Notes: a model not told the origin generated them from the sequence alone. A stretch of 64,000 nt of DNA from Hydrolagus affinis (GCA_012026655.1 JAAILG010000554.1:1-64000); one strand, 5' to 3'; numbered from the stretch's first letter, positions 25,721 to 39,171 are shown. Program-made: numbers and translations.

Positions 25721-26182
25721 GCATTTTTGGTCTCCAGAGCCATTTTTGAGGCCCTCTCCATCTGTAAAGTTTTCTTGAGTGTTTTGAAGGCTTTCTGGCA
25801 TGAATCCAGTGGAAAAAGTATTACGTTATGGTTGCTCTCTCTCTCTTGAGTATTATAGGACACAGCCTGAGAAGGTGGCACTGCTGATTTCTCATTCTAG
25901 CATCAATGCCACCTACATAGTTTCTGCGTCAGTTCTCAACTAACTTTGCTTTCAGTGTCTTATTGCAGCAGCAGCAGCAGATGCTACTGTGGTCCCAGCT
26001 GCCCTCAGCCTTGAGAGAAAGAAATTGAATCTAATAATGTAGCTTTTTTACTGGGAGCCAGTCAGGCTAACTATTCATAAAATGCCATTGGCAATTGAAA
26101 TAAAGACACAGAGTGCAGCATCAGATTATAAGAGCCCATTTAATTCTGCTCTCATTGAATTACTGCAGAGTAAAGTATAATA

Positions 26183-26287
26183 CAGGGTGATCAAAAAGTC
26201 ATGGTACCATTACAATGTCTAATATGTCTTAGAGAAACTCTGTGTTTTTTTAAAAATAGGGTAGATATCACGACTTTTGGGTCCTGC
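26183..26287. mobile_element. Degenerate mariner-like MITE remnant
   Basis: Left end TA|CAGGGTGATCAAAAAGTCATGGTA with an imperfect inverted copy tatcacgacttttgggtcctg about 100 bp away. Confidence 0.4.
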
Positions 26288-29200
26288 ACTTTCAGTATGC
26301 TTTTTGCCACATGGGGATTGATTAGCTTTCATATAACTGAACAGCATCCACATGCTAAAAAAATCATCCCAGCATGTTAATTACATAAAGCAGTGGAACC
26401 AAGGTATTCATAGTTTGGAACCATTGATGTTTGCCATATTATCTGTTATTTATCTGTATGAGGAGCAAGTCTTAATAATTACTGTAAATGGAATCTGAAT
26501 GGCTCTTACAAAGGAATCAGAGGTAGGTTGAAGGTAGAAGCCAGATTTATTGAGCTCCTTGAGACGTCCTCTCGACACGAAAGGCACTGTGCAAATGTAA
26601 TTTGGGATTGTGTATTTTAAATAGAAAAATGAAGCAAATGGAGGTTTAGGACCTTCAGAATATTGGGCTATAGAAAGGGCTCTGTTCCCCCATATAACAG
26701 AAAGCACCCTATAACATTCTGTTAATTTCTGCAACTGGGTTAAAAATAAACTGTAGCAAAGGGATCTGTTGCTTTCACAATCATTAGTACAGTACCACAG
26801 AACACACCAAACGTTAGAGTGTAGAACTTATCTGAACAGATACTCAAAATTATGTGGCCACCCATTGCATTGGACTTGTGGAGTACAGCAATATTGCCTG
26901 AGATCAATAGCATTAGAGAAGAGTAGGCGGTGTTGTACACCGTCTAGAATAGCAATACTGTACATCATTTCATTAACATTCTGATCATGCATAGAGCTGC
27001 TCTTAACACTTCTGTCAATAATCAATCTGTTTTTCATGTGTGTTTTCCTTCAAAATTCAGACTCGATAAAGTCAAATGAATGAGTACCATTTACCATAAA
27101 ATGGAGAATTCCACAAGGAGCTAGGTAACCCAAAAGAGTTGATACCATATTATTATCTTGTCTCAGAGAATGGCTCATCTGGATAGAAAGAAGCTAATTT
27201 TATTCTATGTATTGTGCAAGGCTCATGAATGTTAAATGACTTATCCCATTTTGTACTTAAGGCAGTACAATAAATACCTAACGGGGTAGTTGAAGTGGAA
27301 TCACTGATTGTACAATGCGTCAGATATGGAGGCATGACTGAACACTATATATTTAGTCAATATATTCAGATTCTATTCCTGACTCGACATTCTTAATGTG
27401 CACGGCTGCTTCCCCTAACAAAACACTTCCGAGGGCTTAGAACTAAAGTTTCCAAAAGGACCTTTTGGCCATGGTGGCAACTCATTTGTGGGTTAGGGGG
27501 AGAAGCATTGAAAAACAAAGTTTATTAACTAGACACAAGAGCACTCTATACTTTATACCAGGCCTTAGAGACTAAAGGTGGGTGGGTGGTCATGTCTAGA
27601 GAAAAAATGCAATCGGCTCATTCTTTAAACATTAGATTTAATGTTTCCAAATAATGTGGGTATTATTTTCATAGCTACATGAATCTTTTCAATAGTACAA
27701 CAGTTGTAGATAATGCTTCTTATTTTGGGAATTATCAGCAGAGACGATATTGCAGAGACCTGGCTAGCCATAAAGTGAGATGATACTTAGATCTTTCATA
27801 TTGCACAATATTCAACACATTTTAATTTGGGTGTTGTAGAATGTGAACCAAAGAAACTTATTTTGTATCATCTGCTTCTTAGGAAGAGGCACCCAGTTGT
27901 TTCAATATTTGTTAATATGTGTAGATAGTTGGGTGATGAATAATCTTAAGGGTATATTTTATTCTGGCTGGATGTGAGAAGATGTATTTTGTTAAACCTA
28001 ATGTATTTCCCATCACAAATACATTGGTAATAAGACTATTTGTTGATGCTATGGAAATGCAGAATCTAGAAAACCATGCCCTTTCTATCATTTTCCATTT
28101 CCTTGTGCATTATGGCAAGCAGGATTGATCTGAGCAGAAATGTGTGGAGAAGGCACACAGTATAGTTATTTTCTCACTAAATAATGTTGAAAATTTAAGT
28201 GTAGGAAATGTTTGTAGATTTTGCACAAAATGAGAATTGTTTGTGTAGTAGGTTATTTCTGTAGACAAATAACAGTAAGAGCAACATATATTTCCTTTAG
28301 AAAGAATCTGAGAGCAGATTTTCAATATTGAGTTCAGCAAGTTGACTGTGTTGCTAATTAAAATCCAGGACAACAATTGCATTGTTAGGAAAGTACGGGC
28401 AGATGAGTGAAGCAGAGAAAACAAAAATGAATAAAACATTTAAAATTTTCATTTTTATTATTATTGGACAGCGATTGACAGTCTTTTAGATTGTAGAAAA
28501 TTGAAAAAATAACCACACCAGGAAGGAAAGTTAAGGTTGTAGGATCAATGCATTAGATAGAGTAGAAAAAAAACAACAATGAGTAATATATACATTTGAA
28601 AGTTACTCAGTAATAAAAGTTCAAATGAAAGTTACAATCTGGTACATCTGTAAAAAAGAACAATGTAGCTCTAACAACTTGAAGCTGTAGAAAAAGGCAG
28701 AGCCTGATACTGTGTTAAGAAGACCATCCAAAGCTACAGTTATTGCAATGTACATAGATATCATGCTGCCCAAGTGTGACTTCAGTTTAAAATTGGAAAA
28801 ATATTATGAGCGAGCGGCTTTCCGTTCAATCTAACAGCTAAAAGTTACTTCTTCAGCTCAACAGCAATGAAAATATGATTAAGCTTCTCCTTTCTATTTC
28901 AGCATCAAATAAACTCATAGAAATAGACAAGGATACTCTTGCTCAAATCTAGAAATGTGTTTCAGCTGAATTCTACAAAAGCTGCAAAAACAGTACCATA
29001 TTTCACTGTGGTGAAAGGCAGTCTCTTATATATTGCTGCTAATAGAATATTTTAGTACCAAAAAATGTCTTACATTAGCAGTTAAAATTCCACAGCCACA
29101 AAAAGAAATACTTTAGTTTTAAGGAACTTCTCCTGTGTATAAAATATTAGTCTTGATTCATTTCAATCAGTTATCACTGTTAATTCCTCTTTGACAAATA

Positions 29201-30752
29201 CTTTTTTTTTCCAATGAAAGCACAGGCAACAGGAAAACCTCTGCAGAAGTGAACAATACAGACATTTTTAAATATAATTCCTTCCAAAAAATACTCCTGC
29301 CTCCACTGTTGCAAACGTTCTCAATTCAACACTGTACAAAATACACTATACACAAACAATAGGTGTTACAATAATAGGAATAACAGTCCTTGCATTTGAC
29401 ATAGTCTTTCATGTTTGATGTTGCAAAGAAAGTGCTTTGAGTGATTCACTGTCTCATAACTGTGTATGTTTGTAGATAAAAGTCATGGTTAAACAGTCAT
29501 GAAAACTCAAATTATGAAAGTGGTGTTTATGTTATTTACATCTTCAAATCCATTACGACAACTAACAACTTTCCACAAAAATATAAAGTGAACACACTTT
29601 GTGGTGACAAGTCTGATTTTCAAGAACATGAGATGACAAGATTAATTCGTAAAAATCATGGAACTGATTTTATTTTGGTCTTTATTGCCAACCTGTATGA
29701 TGGCACATGCCAATCCTGTTAAACTATGCATTATAAATTACAGAATGCACTGCTAATTCCTTAGTATTACTTGCATTTTCTTTCCATTAATCAGACTGAT
29801 GCATTTCAAATCTAATCGGACTAAAAATAACCTGGAAATCCAATTTCTCTGCAATGCCATTATTTTGTTATTAACATTTGATTGTTTTTCAATCTACCAA
29901 GGCACAGTATCATTTTGACAGATATTTGCATTACTTTTATTCCAACTTAAAAGTACATCAGAAATATTACCAACTGTAATTTTTAAAGCTTTGAATTACA
30001 TTTGGTTGGAGTCAGATAATTGGAATATTGATTCAATCACTAAGACAAATTTTAACTGCTTCAGGCATATAGCTTTAAAGTACAGTAAAGGGTAAATTAG
30101 TTCTAAAGTTTAAAATTAAACCTTTCTTTCATTTGTTGACATGCTAAGTTGGTTTTACTATTTCTGTTTCATATCATGCATGTGATTATCAATTCTCAGT
30201 GACTGACAACAGTGGCTGAATGTTAGGCTATTCAATGGGTTTTAGCTATTTCACATTCAGAAGTTAAATTAATCCATGGACGGAAATGCTTCATGTGATG
30301 GTGAACAAGAACAAGACCTTCGATTTGTTCACTATCATCTGTATGAGTCAAACATGGGAGATTATTCTGAATATACTAAAACTAGAATATATTTCAATTA
30401 TATCACCATCATTGTGCTGAAAGAGAATTAGCTTGTTTTTATTTATTTTTCTCTTTACAAGACTGTTAGTTCTTTGTAACCTGTCCAGAGGCAGTCAATC
30501 CTCCCAGACTTTCTATAAATGGTGTTATTTACCAGCAGAAAATGTCAGTGTTTTCCTCCCCAGAGAAGAAATATCCATTTATACAAAGTGCTCCACCTAA
30601 TGATCTGATCTAAAATTGCAGTATTGTATAAGAGTTTCAAAGATTTATAGTATCACATGGTACAAAATAAATATGTATACTTCATTAAACGATTTCTTTA
30701 TCAAAGTTACAAAAAAAAATATTTTCTTAATGATTTGTATTCTTTACTCTGA

Positions 30753-31001
30753 GTGGAGTCCTGTAATTTAGTGGTTAGAGCAATTGCCTCACAAGTGCGA
30801 GGACCTGGGTTTGATTCACGAGCAGGGCAAAGCGTTGGTTCACTCAATCCACGAATGTTTGTGGGACATTTCCGTGTGCAATTGGCTGCCGCGTTTCACC
30901 AACAAAACAGTCAATTCACTTCACAGTATGTTCTGTGAAGTGCTTTGAGACGTCAAAAAGATGTGATGAGACGCTATATCAAACGCAAGGATTATTATTA
31001 C
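30753..31001 (+). mobile_element. SINE copy, near full length
   Basis: tRNA-like head with degenerate A and B boxes, family body and tail. Confidence 0.9.
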
Positions 31002-31756
31002 TTCCCAGTGTCAAAATCAATCAGTCAAGTATAGCGGTCTGAGTGAAGCTCTCTCGTAGCATTGGTGGCTTATATCTTCATAAAGCTTCGCACATTTAAA
31101 GCTTCATATATGGAAAAGGCCAGTGAAATTATATTTGGGACTATTTTCATCCAGTAAAACAAAAGAAGACAAAACTCACCTGCTATCATTGTACTGGCAT
31201 CCAGGTTTGATTTTCTAAGTTGAAACATAAATGTTAACTGCTCAGTGATGGAAGTGTAATTGGGATCTACACTCTGACATTGAGCCCAGCCAATTTCATG
31301 GGTGACTCATTTGCAGAAATATTTATACAGCATTACTTACTGGCTATCATATCTGCTCTATGCAGAATACGTGGGGTTTATACCATTCCCATTTAACATG
31401 ATGTGATTGATACCCAATAACATTATTTTAGATTATAGGCTGCAATATAGAATATGATTGCAGTTCAAACATTGTGCCCGGATTGCAGGAAGCCTCACTC
31501 CCCCTCCTTCCTCATCAACCATTCATTACGTCACATTCATCACAAGCAAAACACAAAGCATTTTGCAAATCTTGCAATTCAGACTCTAGTGAATATTTCA
31601 AGGTGGAAAATCCTCAACATTTGTTTGAAGTGTTTGAACCTAACTCTTAGGCACTGTGGACTTGTTCCTTTCTCAACTTGTAGCAGACTAGGTATTCTGC
31701 CACAAGTACTGTACCAGAGATTATGCACCAATTTGTTTTGTAACTGCTCATGCTAC

Positions 31757-31871
31757 GACTCACAAAATATACAGTCAATTCACTTTACAGTATATTCCGT
31801 GAAGCACTTTGAAACATCTCAAAGACATGATAATGCGCTATCTCAAAAGCAAGGATTATTATCATTATTAA
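31757..31871 (+). mobile_element. SINE 3' fragment
   Basis: CAGTCAATTCACTTTACAGTATATTCCGTGAAGCACTTTGAAACATC...GCAAGGATTATT. Confidence 0.85.
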
Positions 31872-33568
31872 TTCAAACTGACGATGATTTGCAAGAAAAC
31901 ATTTCGGTTTCTAGAAATCCAAAAATGCATTTTATTTGCTACATTCCGCTCCACAAATCTGAGTTTCAAAAGAAGCCTTTTATTGTTCGAAGCGGTTAAT
32001 TTCCAATAAACAAACCTGTTCGTTTGGTTTATGAACACATCAATCATGGTAATAATTAAAAATAGCAATGGTGAAGTAGGTTTAGTCATTTTTTGGGGCG
32101 TTATTAAAAATTCATTAGATTTTTGTTACATCAGTAAAAAAGGAAAAAGACTTCTTCAGAAGTACATAATATAAAAAAGCACAATCTCAAATGAAATGCT
32201 TTGATGCAATCCACACATATCCAATACGATTATGAACCACTCATTCTAAAAAAAATGCCAGTAAAGCATTAAATTAATGGGCTGGAACATTTCAGTGAAG
32301 ACTCCAGTATTAGCTCATAACTTTACAAAACAAAAGTTTAGCATACCCTTTACCAAAGATAAACAATAAGGCTATTTGGCTTAGTGGATGTCAAACAATA
32401 CACTGAAGTTATTGAACCATGCCCTCATGGTCAAATCATAGCACAAAAAAAAAGGAAATTTCAATATTGCATTAAAGTAAGATTGTTTATAACACTGAGA
32501 AGAAAAATAAATAATAAATCGATATTGTATTACAGAATGGAACACCACAGGGTATCTTGCTTTATCACTGAAAACTTACATCAGTAAAAATCATATTAAA
32601 TACAATTAATATTGTCAATTTAAACCAGTGATGTGAACAGCTTGTAGAATCATTAAATGAGTAATAAGACAATACTCGACCCTTTGTTTACTTTCTGCAA
32701 AGGCAGATACATGTTTGCTTTTGACTTATGCACTGTCTATGATTCACAACTCTAACAGTTCATGTTTGACAACAAGGCCTTCACCTAAGATTATTGGTGA
32801 ATTATCATGGCTGGTTTTAACTCAAAGTAGAGTTGTGAGAAGGCTGGGGTGTATTTAGTAAATCACAGAACGTTTTGTAATAATGCTGTTAATGTTGTAT
32901 GTATTCAGTGCATGGATGAATTTGAACCAAAGCAAATCTTGTAAATTTGCTGCCATATTCTCAATATACCTGCAAATTCATCCCTGTATAACAAATCAGA
33001 CCAGTCAGACCTCATTTACACATGATCCTGTCATTTTAAATACATGGGGATTCCATACAAAGTTTAAAGTTGATCCAAAAAAAGCAGCCTTAATAATAAT
33101 GATTAACATATTTGAACACTGCAGCAATCTATTATTTTTCCAACATTATACATTTGAATAATGATTTTCACAAGTAAATCAATTCACTGTCCAAAACCTA
33201 AATGACTAGAGTAAGCAACGAGTCATGAGGTGTGACTTGCTCCAATCATTTAACTTGAACTGGCAATCACCAATTACACGCCAATTCCTTCGGTTAAAAT
33301 CTCATTTTGTTACTGATGTTACCTTTCCCGGACAGTACTTTCACAAACAGAAGAATCAACTGAAAGATGATTCAACCGAACGGCCAAATATGATTTTGAA
33401 CTGCATTTTAGTGAATGCTAACATTATTTGACCCTTGTTGGGTATTCCATACTCAATATTTAAAGTGCTTACATTTGTCAAAAGTACTCATATCATCAAA
33501 AGTCGCAGATTGACAAGGCTTTAGTGGAACAAAGTGACCGATGATTTTACCCCTGGCTAATGAAAGGC

Positions 33569-33574
33569 TTTATT
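33569..33574 (-). promoter_or_regulatory. Candidate proximal polyadenylation signal AATAAA for ST6GALNAC3
   Basis: tttatt on the + strand about 145 nt after the stop codon. Use is unverified, and such hexamers are frequent in AT-rich DNA. Confidence 0.3.
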
Positions 33575-33718
33575 CTGGAGCCTATTCATCGTTAAGTGTT
33601 CACTTTTGTCAACGAAGGAAGGCAGAAAATAATTATTGTACAGTGAGTCTAACAGACGTAATAAAAGTATTCATGTTAGGATCATACCATCATTTTTCTT
33701 GTGCAATTCTAATCCGTG

Positions 33719-33908
33719 TCATGAGAGTGACCACATTGGGTGTGAGAATGTCATGTTGTGTTGTTTGGCCCATTTTGCAAAGACAGATTTTTCAGTAATG
33801 AATCTGTGACCTCCATAAGGGGCATTTTCATGCAGGAAATACTCTGTACATTCATCTCGACTCCCAGCTTCATAGTAATGATAAGGAACTCTTTTGTATC
33901 CTTCAGTT
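33719..33908 (-). CDS. ST6GALNAC3: ST6GALNAC3 last coding exon (motif III HYYE and sialylmotif VS), ending in TGA
   Basis: Acceptor ttagtcttcacag|A. Translation TEGYKRVPYHYYEAGSRDECTEYFLHENAPYGGHRFITEKSVFAKWAKQHNMTFSHPMWSLS*, with HxxxxE in HRFITE. Confidence 0.97.
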
Positions 33909-34267
33909 CTGTGAAGACTAAGCATAATCATAAGTGACATTTTGACCCAGACATTTTCTCTACACATAATTACATTCTAAGCAGGTTTAAATCCAGACTT
34001 GACATGCCTTATAAAATATATGATTCAGGGGATTGTTGCACGGGCAAGTGAAATTGTGAAAAAAATTTAAAGCTGTCAAACAAGAATATTTATAGATTTT
34101 CCATTTAAAAAAATCACACAGGCCTTGTAATTTGAACGTTTTTTTTAAAAAAAACATAATGTTATTTGCTGGTTTGGAAATATAGGCAATATTCTGTGCT
34201 GGCTGAGAAATTGCATTAGAAATCATGGAATGATTTTTTTTTCTCTGCTGTTCAAACAACTAAGTAC

Positions 34268-34520
34268 TTATATTTGTTTAGCACCCTTTCTTATACAGCA
34301 GGGTGGCATCTCAGAAGGTTTAACAGTGGCACAGCCTGATGTGGATCTGGAGAGAGGGTGGAGGTGAGCATAAACACAGTCTAAGAGGAAGGTCTTCAGA
34401 CGTGATCTGAAAATGGGGAAGGAGGGGACAAGACAGGAGAGATTGAGCGAGAAAGTTCCAAACTTTGGGGGCGAAGTAGCTGAAAGTTCAGGTGTCGATG
34501 GTGGAGTAGAGCGGATGACA
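34268..34520 (-). mobile_element. L2 LINE 3' fragment in ST6GALNAC3 intron
   Basis: The minus strand reads FRSRLKTFL, typical of the L2 ORF2 end (FKSxLKTxLF), followed by a 3'UTR with an L2-type tail. Confidence 0.7.
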
Positions 34521-34798
34521 CAAACCACCCTTATGGCTGATCAAGTGTCAATTTGTGCTAAGTAATGGATTGATTTATGCTGTTGCTTGGTCATGCTTAA
34601 GGCACATTTCCCAGATGTAAGCTAATTTTATTCATTGATAATAATTCTTATTCCAATTATTTAATTTAGTGCCCAGCCATTTTCTCCTTTTTCCATATTG
34701 TGTAAAACTCTTCTGGAGAACACCAGCCACAAAGCAAATAAGCAATTCAAAACTGCAATGTGCTGTGTGATCTCTGAAAAGACTTCCAGTGATCTTAC

Positions 34799-34906
34799 CT
34801 GCAGTGGGTGGCATTAATCATACCATAGATATGGATTTTGTGACAAACATCCATAGCAAGGACAAGCGTGAACCAGCCAGTACTCAGGTATGAACCAGAC
34901 TGTACT
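34799..34906 (-). CDS. ST6GALNAC3: ST6GALNAC3 coding exon (108 nt, phase 2/2) containing sialylmotif S
   Basis: Acceptor ttttcttttgatag|A and donor TGCAG|gtaaga. Hand translation VQSGSYLSTGWFTLVLAMDVCHKIHIYGMINATHC(R). Phases fit both neighbouring exons. Absent from the ORF track. Confidence 0.97.
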
Positions 34907-37653
34907 CTATCAAAAGAAAAGAGAAGGGGGAATTAAAAAAATCATTAAAATGATGAAACATTAGCAAATCATCAAAACCTTTTAATGCATTACTTTCAAC
35001 AGGGGACTTTGGATATGTTGACCGAAAACACCACAATTCGAGAACTATTTTGAATTATTTATTTTGTATTTGCAACTCCTGCCAGCCACTGTATAGCTGG
35101 AGGCTAAGCCGCAGTCATCAAAATACAATTTGTGAAGTGAGTTAAAACGTTTTTCAAATTAAAAACAGAGATGCAATTGTTCACATCCAGAAGACAGCCC
35201 AAAATAACACTGTGTGTAAACAATTGTCAACTTCCTTTCTCTTATTGTTCATATTGTGGATGCAGAAATCAAAAACTATTGACATCACTTCTTATTGCAA
35301 ATTGGTGATACTGTTTCAAACACTTACAATATAAGCTGTAAAATTTCGGGACAACGTATACTCAATTACAATACTTGCAATGAATTGTCGTTGACATGGA
35401 AAAAAATAGTTATACTCCTGGGAAGGAGGAATTTTAAAACAATTCATAAATGTTTTATATCTGCTGGTGAGTGCTATCAATTGTTTGACTCACAAAATGA
35501 CATAAACAAAATGTTTTTTGCTGAAAGTAAACTGAGGGAATCAATTTCACCTGAATTAAAATATATATATTTTCATCACAACCCCCTCGATTGCCTTTGT
35601 GCAATCTGTAAGAATGTGAAGTATGTCTGGAATAGCATTAAAGTCAAGCCTTTAGTACTTTGGCTTGAAAATTGAATGATATTACACCAAATAAGACCAA
35701 CAGCAAAACTTGTACCTTGGCACCTCACATAAATTTTTACTATTTTCCATTTCCAAGAACAGTTAAACAAATTTAAAATTTTTAAGTGTGAGTAACATAT
35801 ATATAAATGGTGGTATCCCGTTAATAGAAAAATGAAATAATATTAATTGACACTAGAGGCTTAGAAAAACAGCACTGTTAATTTGGGAAAACAGCACTTG
35901 TAGCTTGGTAAAATGTTACCTCAAATATTATAAAAATAGCATTTCGAACCTATACATGTGGCAGCCAAATGAATGAGTGCATTTGCCCATTATGGCTCTG
36001 CAGGCAATAAAAAATGGAATGCGAGAATGGCAGCTGAACAGGTGAGAATTCAGAAAGAAAGTGAGAAAAATGCCTACATTCTGTACAAAGTATAATACAG
36101 AAGAACACATGATTGAGGAGACAAGTTCCATATTTAGAGTGGGGAGGAATTCAGATTAGATAATCTCTGTTTTCCAGTCCCTTCACCCCTTAAATGGTAC
36201 ACCTTTGATTGGTACACTTCTGATTGTATTTTTAAGATTTTAGGGGTGGAGAAAGTTAAAACTCAATGGTCAGGTGCAGCAATTCCAGTTTTGCATCTCT
36301 GGCACATTTGATTTATACTTTAGTGCAACATTATAAATGAATTCTCATTTCTCTGTATAGATAATGAAACCTGTAATAACCAGGATGATAAATGGGAACA
36401 GAACAACTGCATAATTTGTTTTTCCAGTAAACGTGAACGGTTTTTCCAATTGGTGGAGTAAAATGCGGAGCTTATCACAAACAAAATCTAATTTTCCTTT
36501 CTGTCGTCCATCTTACCATGAAATAAATTTGGCATTCTGTAAGCATTAGAAATAAGATTTCTTTAAACTTCAAGTTCTAATTCAGTTACAGTGCAGCAGC
36601 GTATAAAATGCGGAGCCTTTGTGAAATTACAGCAATTTCTCTCAATTGTCTACGTGCTATGAAAATAACGCACACTGAAAACATAGTCAGATTATATGAC
36701 TAGCATTGCAGATTTGAAGCTGTACTTTATCCCTACTGATTAGGATCACAAATTGGTTGAGATTGCAGTTGTATCGTGATGCTCTGATTGTTTTTTTGTC
36801 TTGAAATTGCATATCATCTGGACTCTTTCGTTATTTTGTAGAGCATTTTATTTGGGTGTTTTTTGGAGCACTCTCTTGACGGTTTCAACACAAACTCATC
36901 AAAGTGCTTTGGAGATGATTTCAAAAGATTTTGCTGTCTTCTCTTGATGCCGTGACATTTGTTACTCAGGAGAAATCTAAATTCAAACATGGAGAATCAT
37001 AATTAATTTCCTTAAGGAGACACAGATTGTTTTAATAAAAACAGAATAAGAGAGGCTTATTCTATTCATCCCAGTTTTAGAAAATTAGATTTTGGAGGGC
37101 TCCATGTGGTTTGAATTTATACACACCAAAAAATGAACTCTTTCCGTTCATAAATGCCCCCCTAAAGATCTTGCAGCTTATTACTATTCATTTAAGGTTT
37201 GTACTAATCTATACCTCAAGGACTTTTTGATTAATACTAACCTAAAGAGTCAGATCATCACTGACAATAAAAAATCTTTTCAAGTCTTGTTAGACCTTGT
37301 TCATCCCCTTGTTAGACCACTACAACAGTAATGAGTAATTTAGAAAGGACGACTTGTCTAGAGGTATGGAAAGACAGTGCGGTTGCATTACCATGGATGT
37401 GGCAGACAGCCATTTTAACAGAGAAGGCACACAAATAGATGAGTATGTTGAATTAATTTAGAATGTGCTAGTTTTGCCCCCCTTTACATTTTTCAGGCAC
37501 ATTTTAATCACCGACGTTCACTTTTCAAAGAAAACGAAAGCGTAAATTTTTCTTTTAACTAATTAGCCATGTGGAAGGCTGGCGTGGTACTATCAACAAC
37601 AACAAAATTACATTTATGGAGCGCCTTTCACATCGGGAGGATGTCCCAAGGTG

Positions 37654-38040
37654 TTGAGTCAGAGATTGTGGGTTGAAGTCCTACGTCAGGACTCATATAG
37701 TTCAAGCAGACACTCCAATGCAAGCGCTGGAGGTCTGTTGTATTGTCGAGAGGTATCGTCCTTCAGACAAGAAGTTAAGCTGAGGTCCCATCTGCCTTTA
37801 TAGGTGAATATTAAAGATTCCATGGCATTATTCACAAAGCAAGTTTTTCTCAAGTCTCTCCTTGCTAACGATCCGCCGATTATAATTGGTCTCTCACTCA
37901 CTCCATGGCTGCTTGTGGGCATTGCTGTGTGCCCATAAAATGCAGTCAATGCACTTTACAATAAATACTGTGAAGCACTTTGAGACATCTCAATGACGTG
38001 ATAAGGTCGTAAAACAACTGCAAAGATTACTATTATTATT
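37654..38040 (+). mobile_element. Deu-domain SINE (SacSINE1/AmnSINE1-like), nearly complete
   Basis: TTGTCGAGAGGTATCGTCCTTCAGACAAGAAGTTAAGCTGAGGTCCCATCTGCC...AGGTGAATATTAAAGATTCCATGGCATTATT resembles the recalled Deu domain CTGTCGGAGGTGCCGTCTTTCGGATGAGACGTTAAACCGAGGCCCCGTCTGC...AAAGATCCCATGGCACTATT. L2-type tail. Confidence 0.8.
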
Positions 38041-39077
38041 CTTTGCAAAAGCCAGAAAGCATAAATGTAGTTTCCAATAAGTGGAAGTACATCACACCAA
38101 TCCAAATGAACTGTGAGCTGATATAATCTACGTCTATAAAATCAAATCCCTTGAAACTCTCTTCTTGTGTGGCCTCACCGTGTATTAATCATTTATAAAT
38201 CTAGCTTTTATTGTCCCTGATCTAATTAAACTGCCATATTTGACTACAGTTGAAACACATTATGATGCATATCTATTTTATACTACACAAGGTTCTTATG
38301 AAGATGTTTTTTTTAAATCATGCTGTTGTACAATATATCTCTTCAATAGATCTGCAGTGTGGCTATTAAGCTATAAGGAGGTTAAAACTGTAGCACTTTT
38401 CGTTTGATAAGTAACATTTCTGAGGAGTAAGTGCAACTATATTGAACCAATGAATGTTCTTTAGCATCACGTAACTGAGCTCAATAAAAGAAAAGCAATC
38501 CACTATTGCCTGTCAAAAGAAAGATTTATAACTTAAAGGTAAGCGTCAATTCATAAAATACAATCTAGATACTCTATAGAGATATGGTTACCTAGAGAAA
38601 GATAAAACTTTATTAATATGTAATGGTGTTTTCACAAAATCTTAAGGTTGGGTAATAACTCAGTCAATTGTGACTGTCTTAAGTTCTCCTTTATTCATTT
38701 CATACAAATGGATTCATTTCATACTTGTTTTACAACACAGTGATTTATTGGTTCTGGTATTTTATCACATTGTTGCCCTTCATAAACTTTTAATGGCCCA
38801 TCCCCCCAAAAAGAGTAATAAACCTATCTTTCAGTTATTGGAAAGAACTGAGCTTAATCAAAATGAAAGAGAATTGTAAATTAAATTCCTGAGTACCTAA
38901 TTACTAGTTTTTATGAAATGAATGTGGAAGATTCAAGGGTAAGGTAACCTACTCATAAGTAACAGACACGTACAATATTATAGTCTCTTCAAATAAGCAT
39001 TAAAAAAGTGAATCTATGATGTATCAGGTAATAGGGTCAAACATGACATTTCATCGAAAGGAAACATGAATTCTTAC

Positions 39078-39171
39078 CTTCCTCTCCAACTGGCTTGGCC
39101 TCAGACTCCACCATTGTGAAGCGCTCTGAGACGCTGCTCAGCGTGGAGGATGCTATATAAATGCAAGTTGT
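39078..39171 (+). mobile_element. L2-type 3' tail fragment (similar short tails at about 15035-15085, 18610-18670, 37594-37653, 41560-41625 and 59370-59465)
   Basis: TTGTGAAGCGCTCTGAGACGCTGCTCAGCGTGGAGGATGCTATATAAATGCAAGTTGT. Confidence 0.7.

Noticed and set aside
31454-31999. 181-aa + strand ORF
   Set aside because: Runs through a SINE fragment and has no recognisable homology or coding-like composition.
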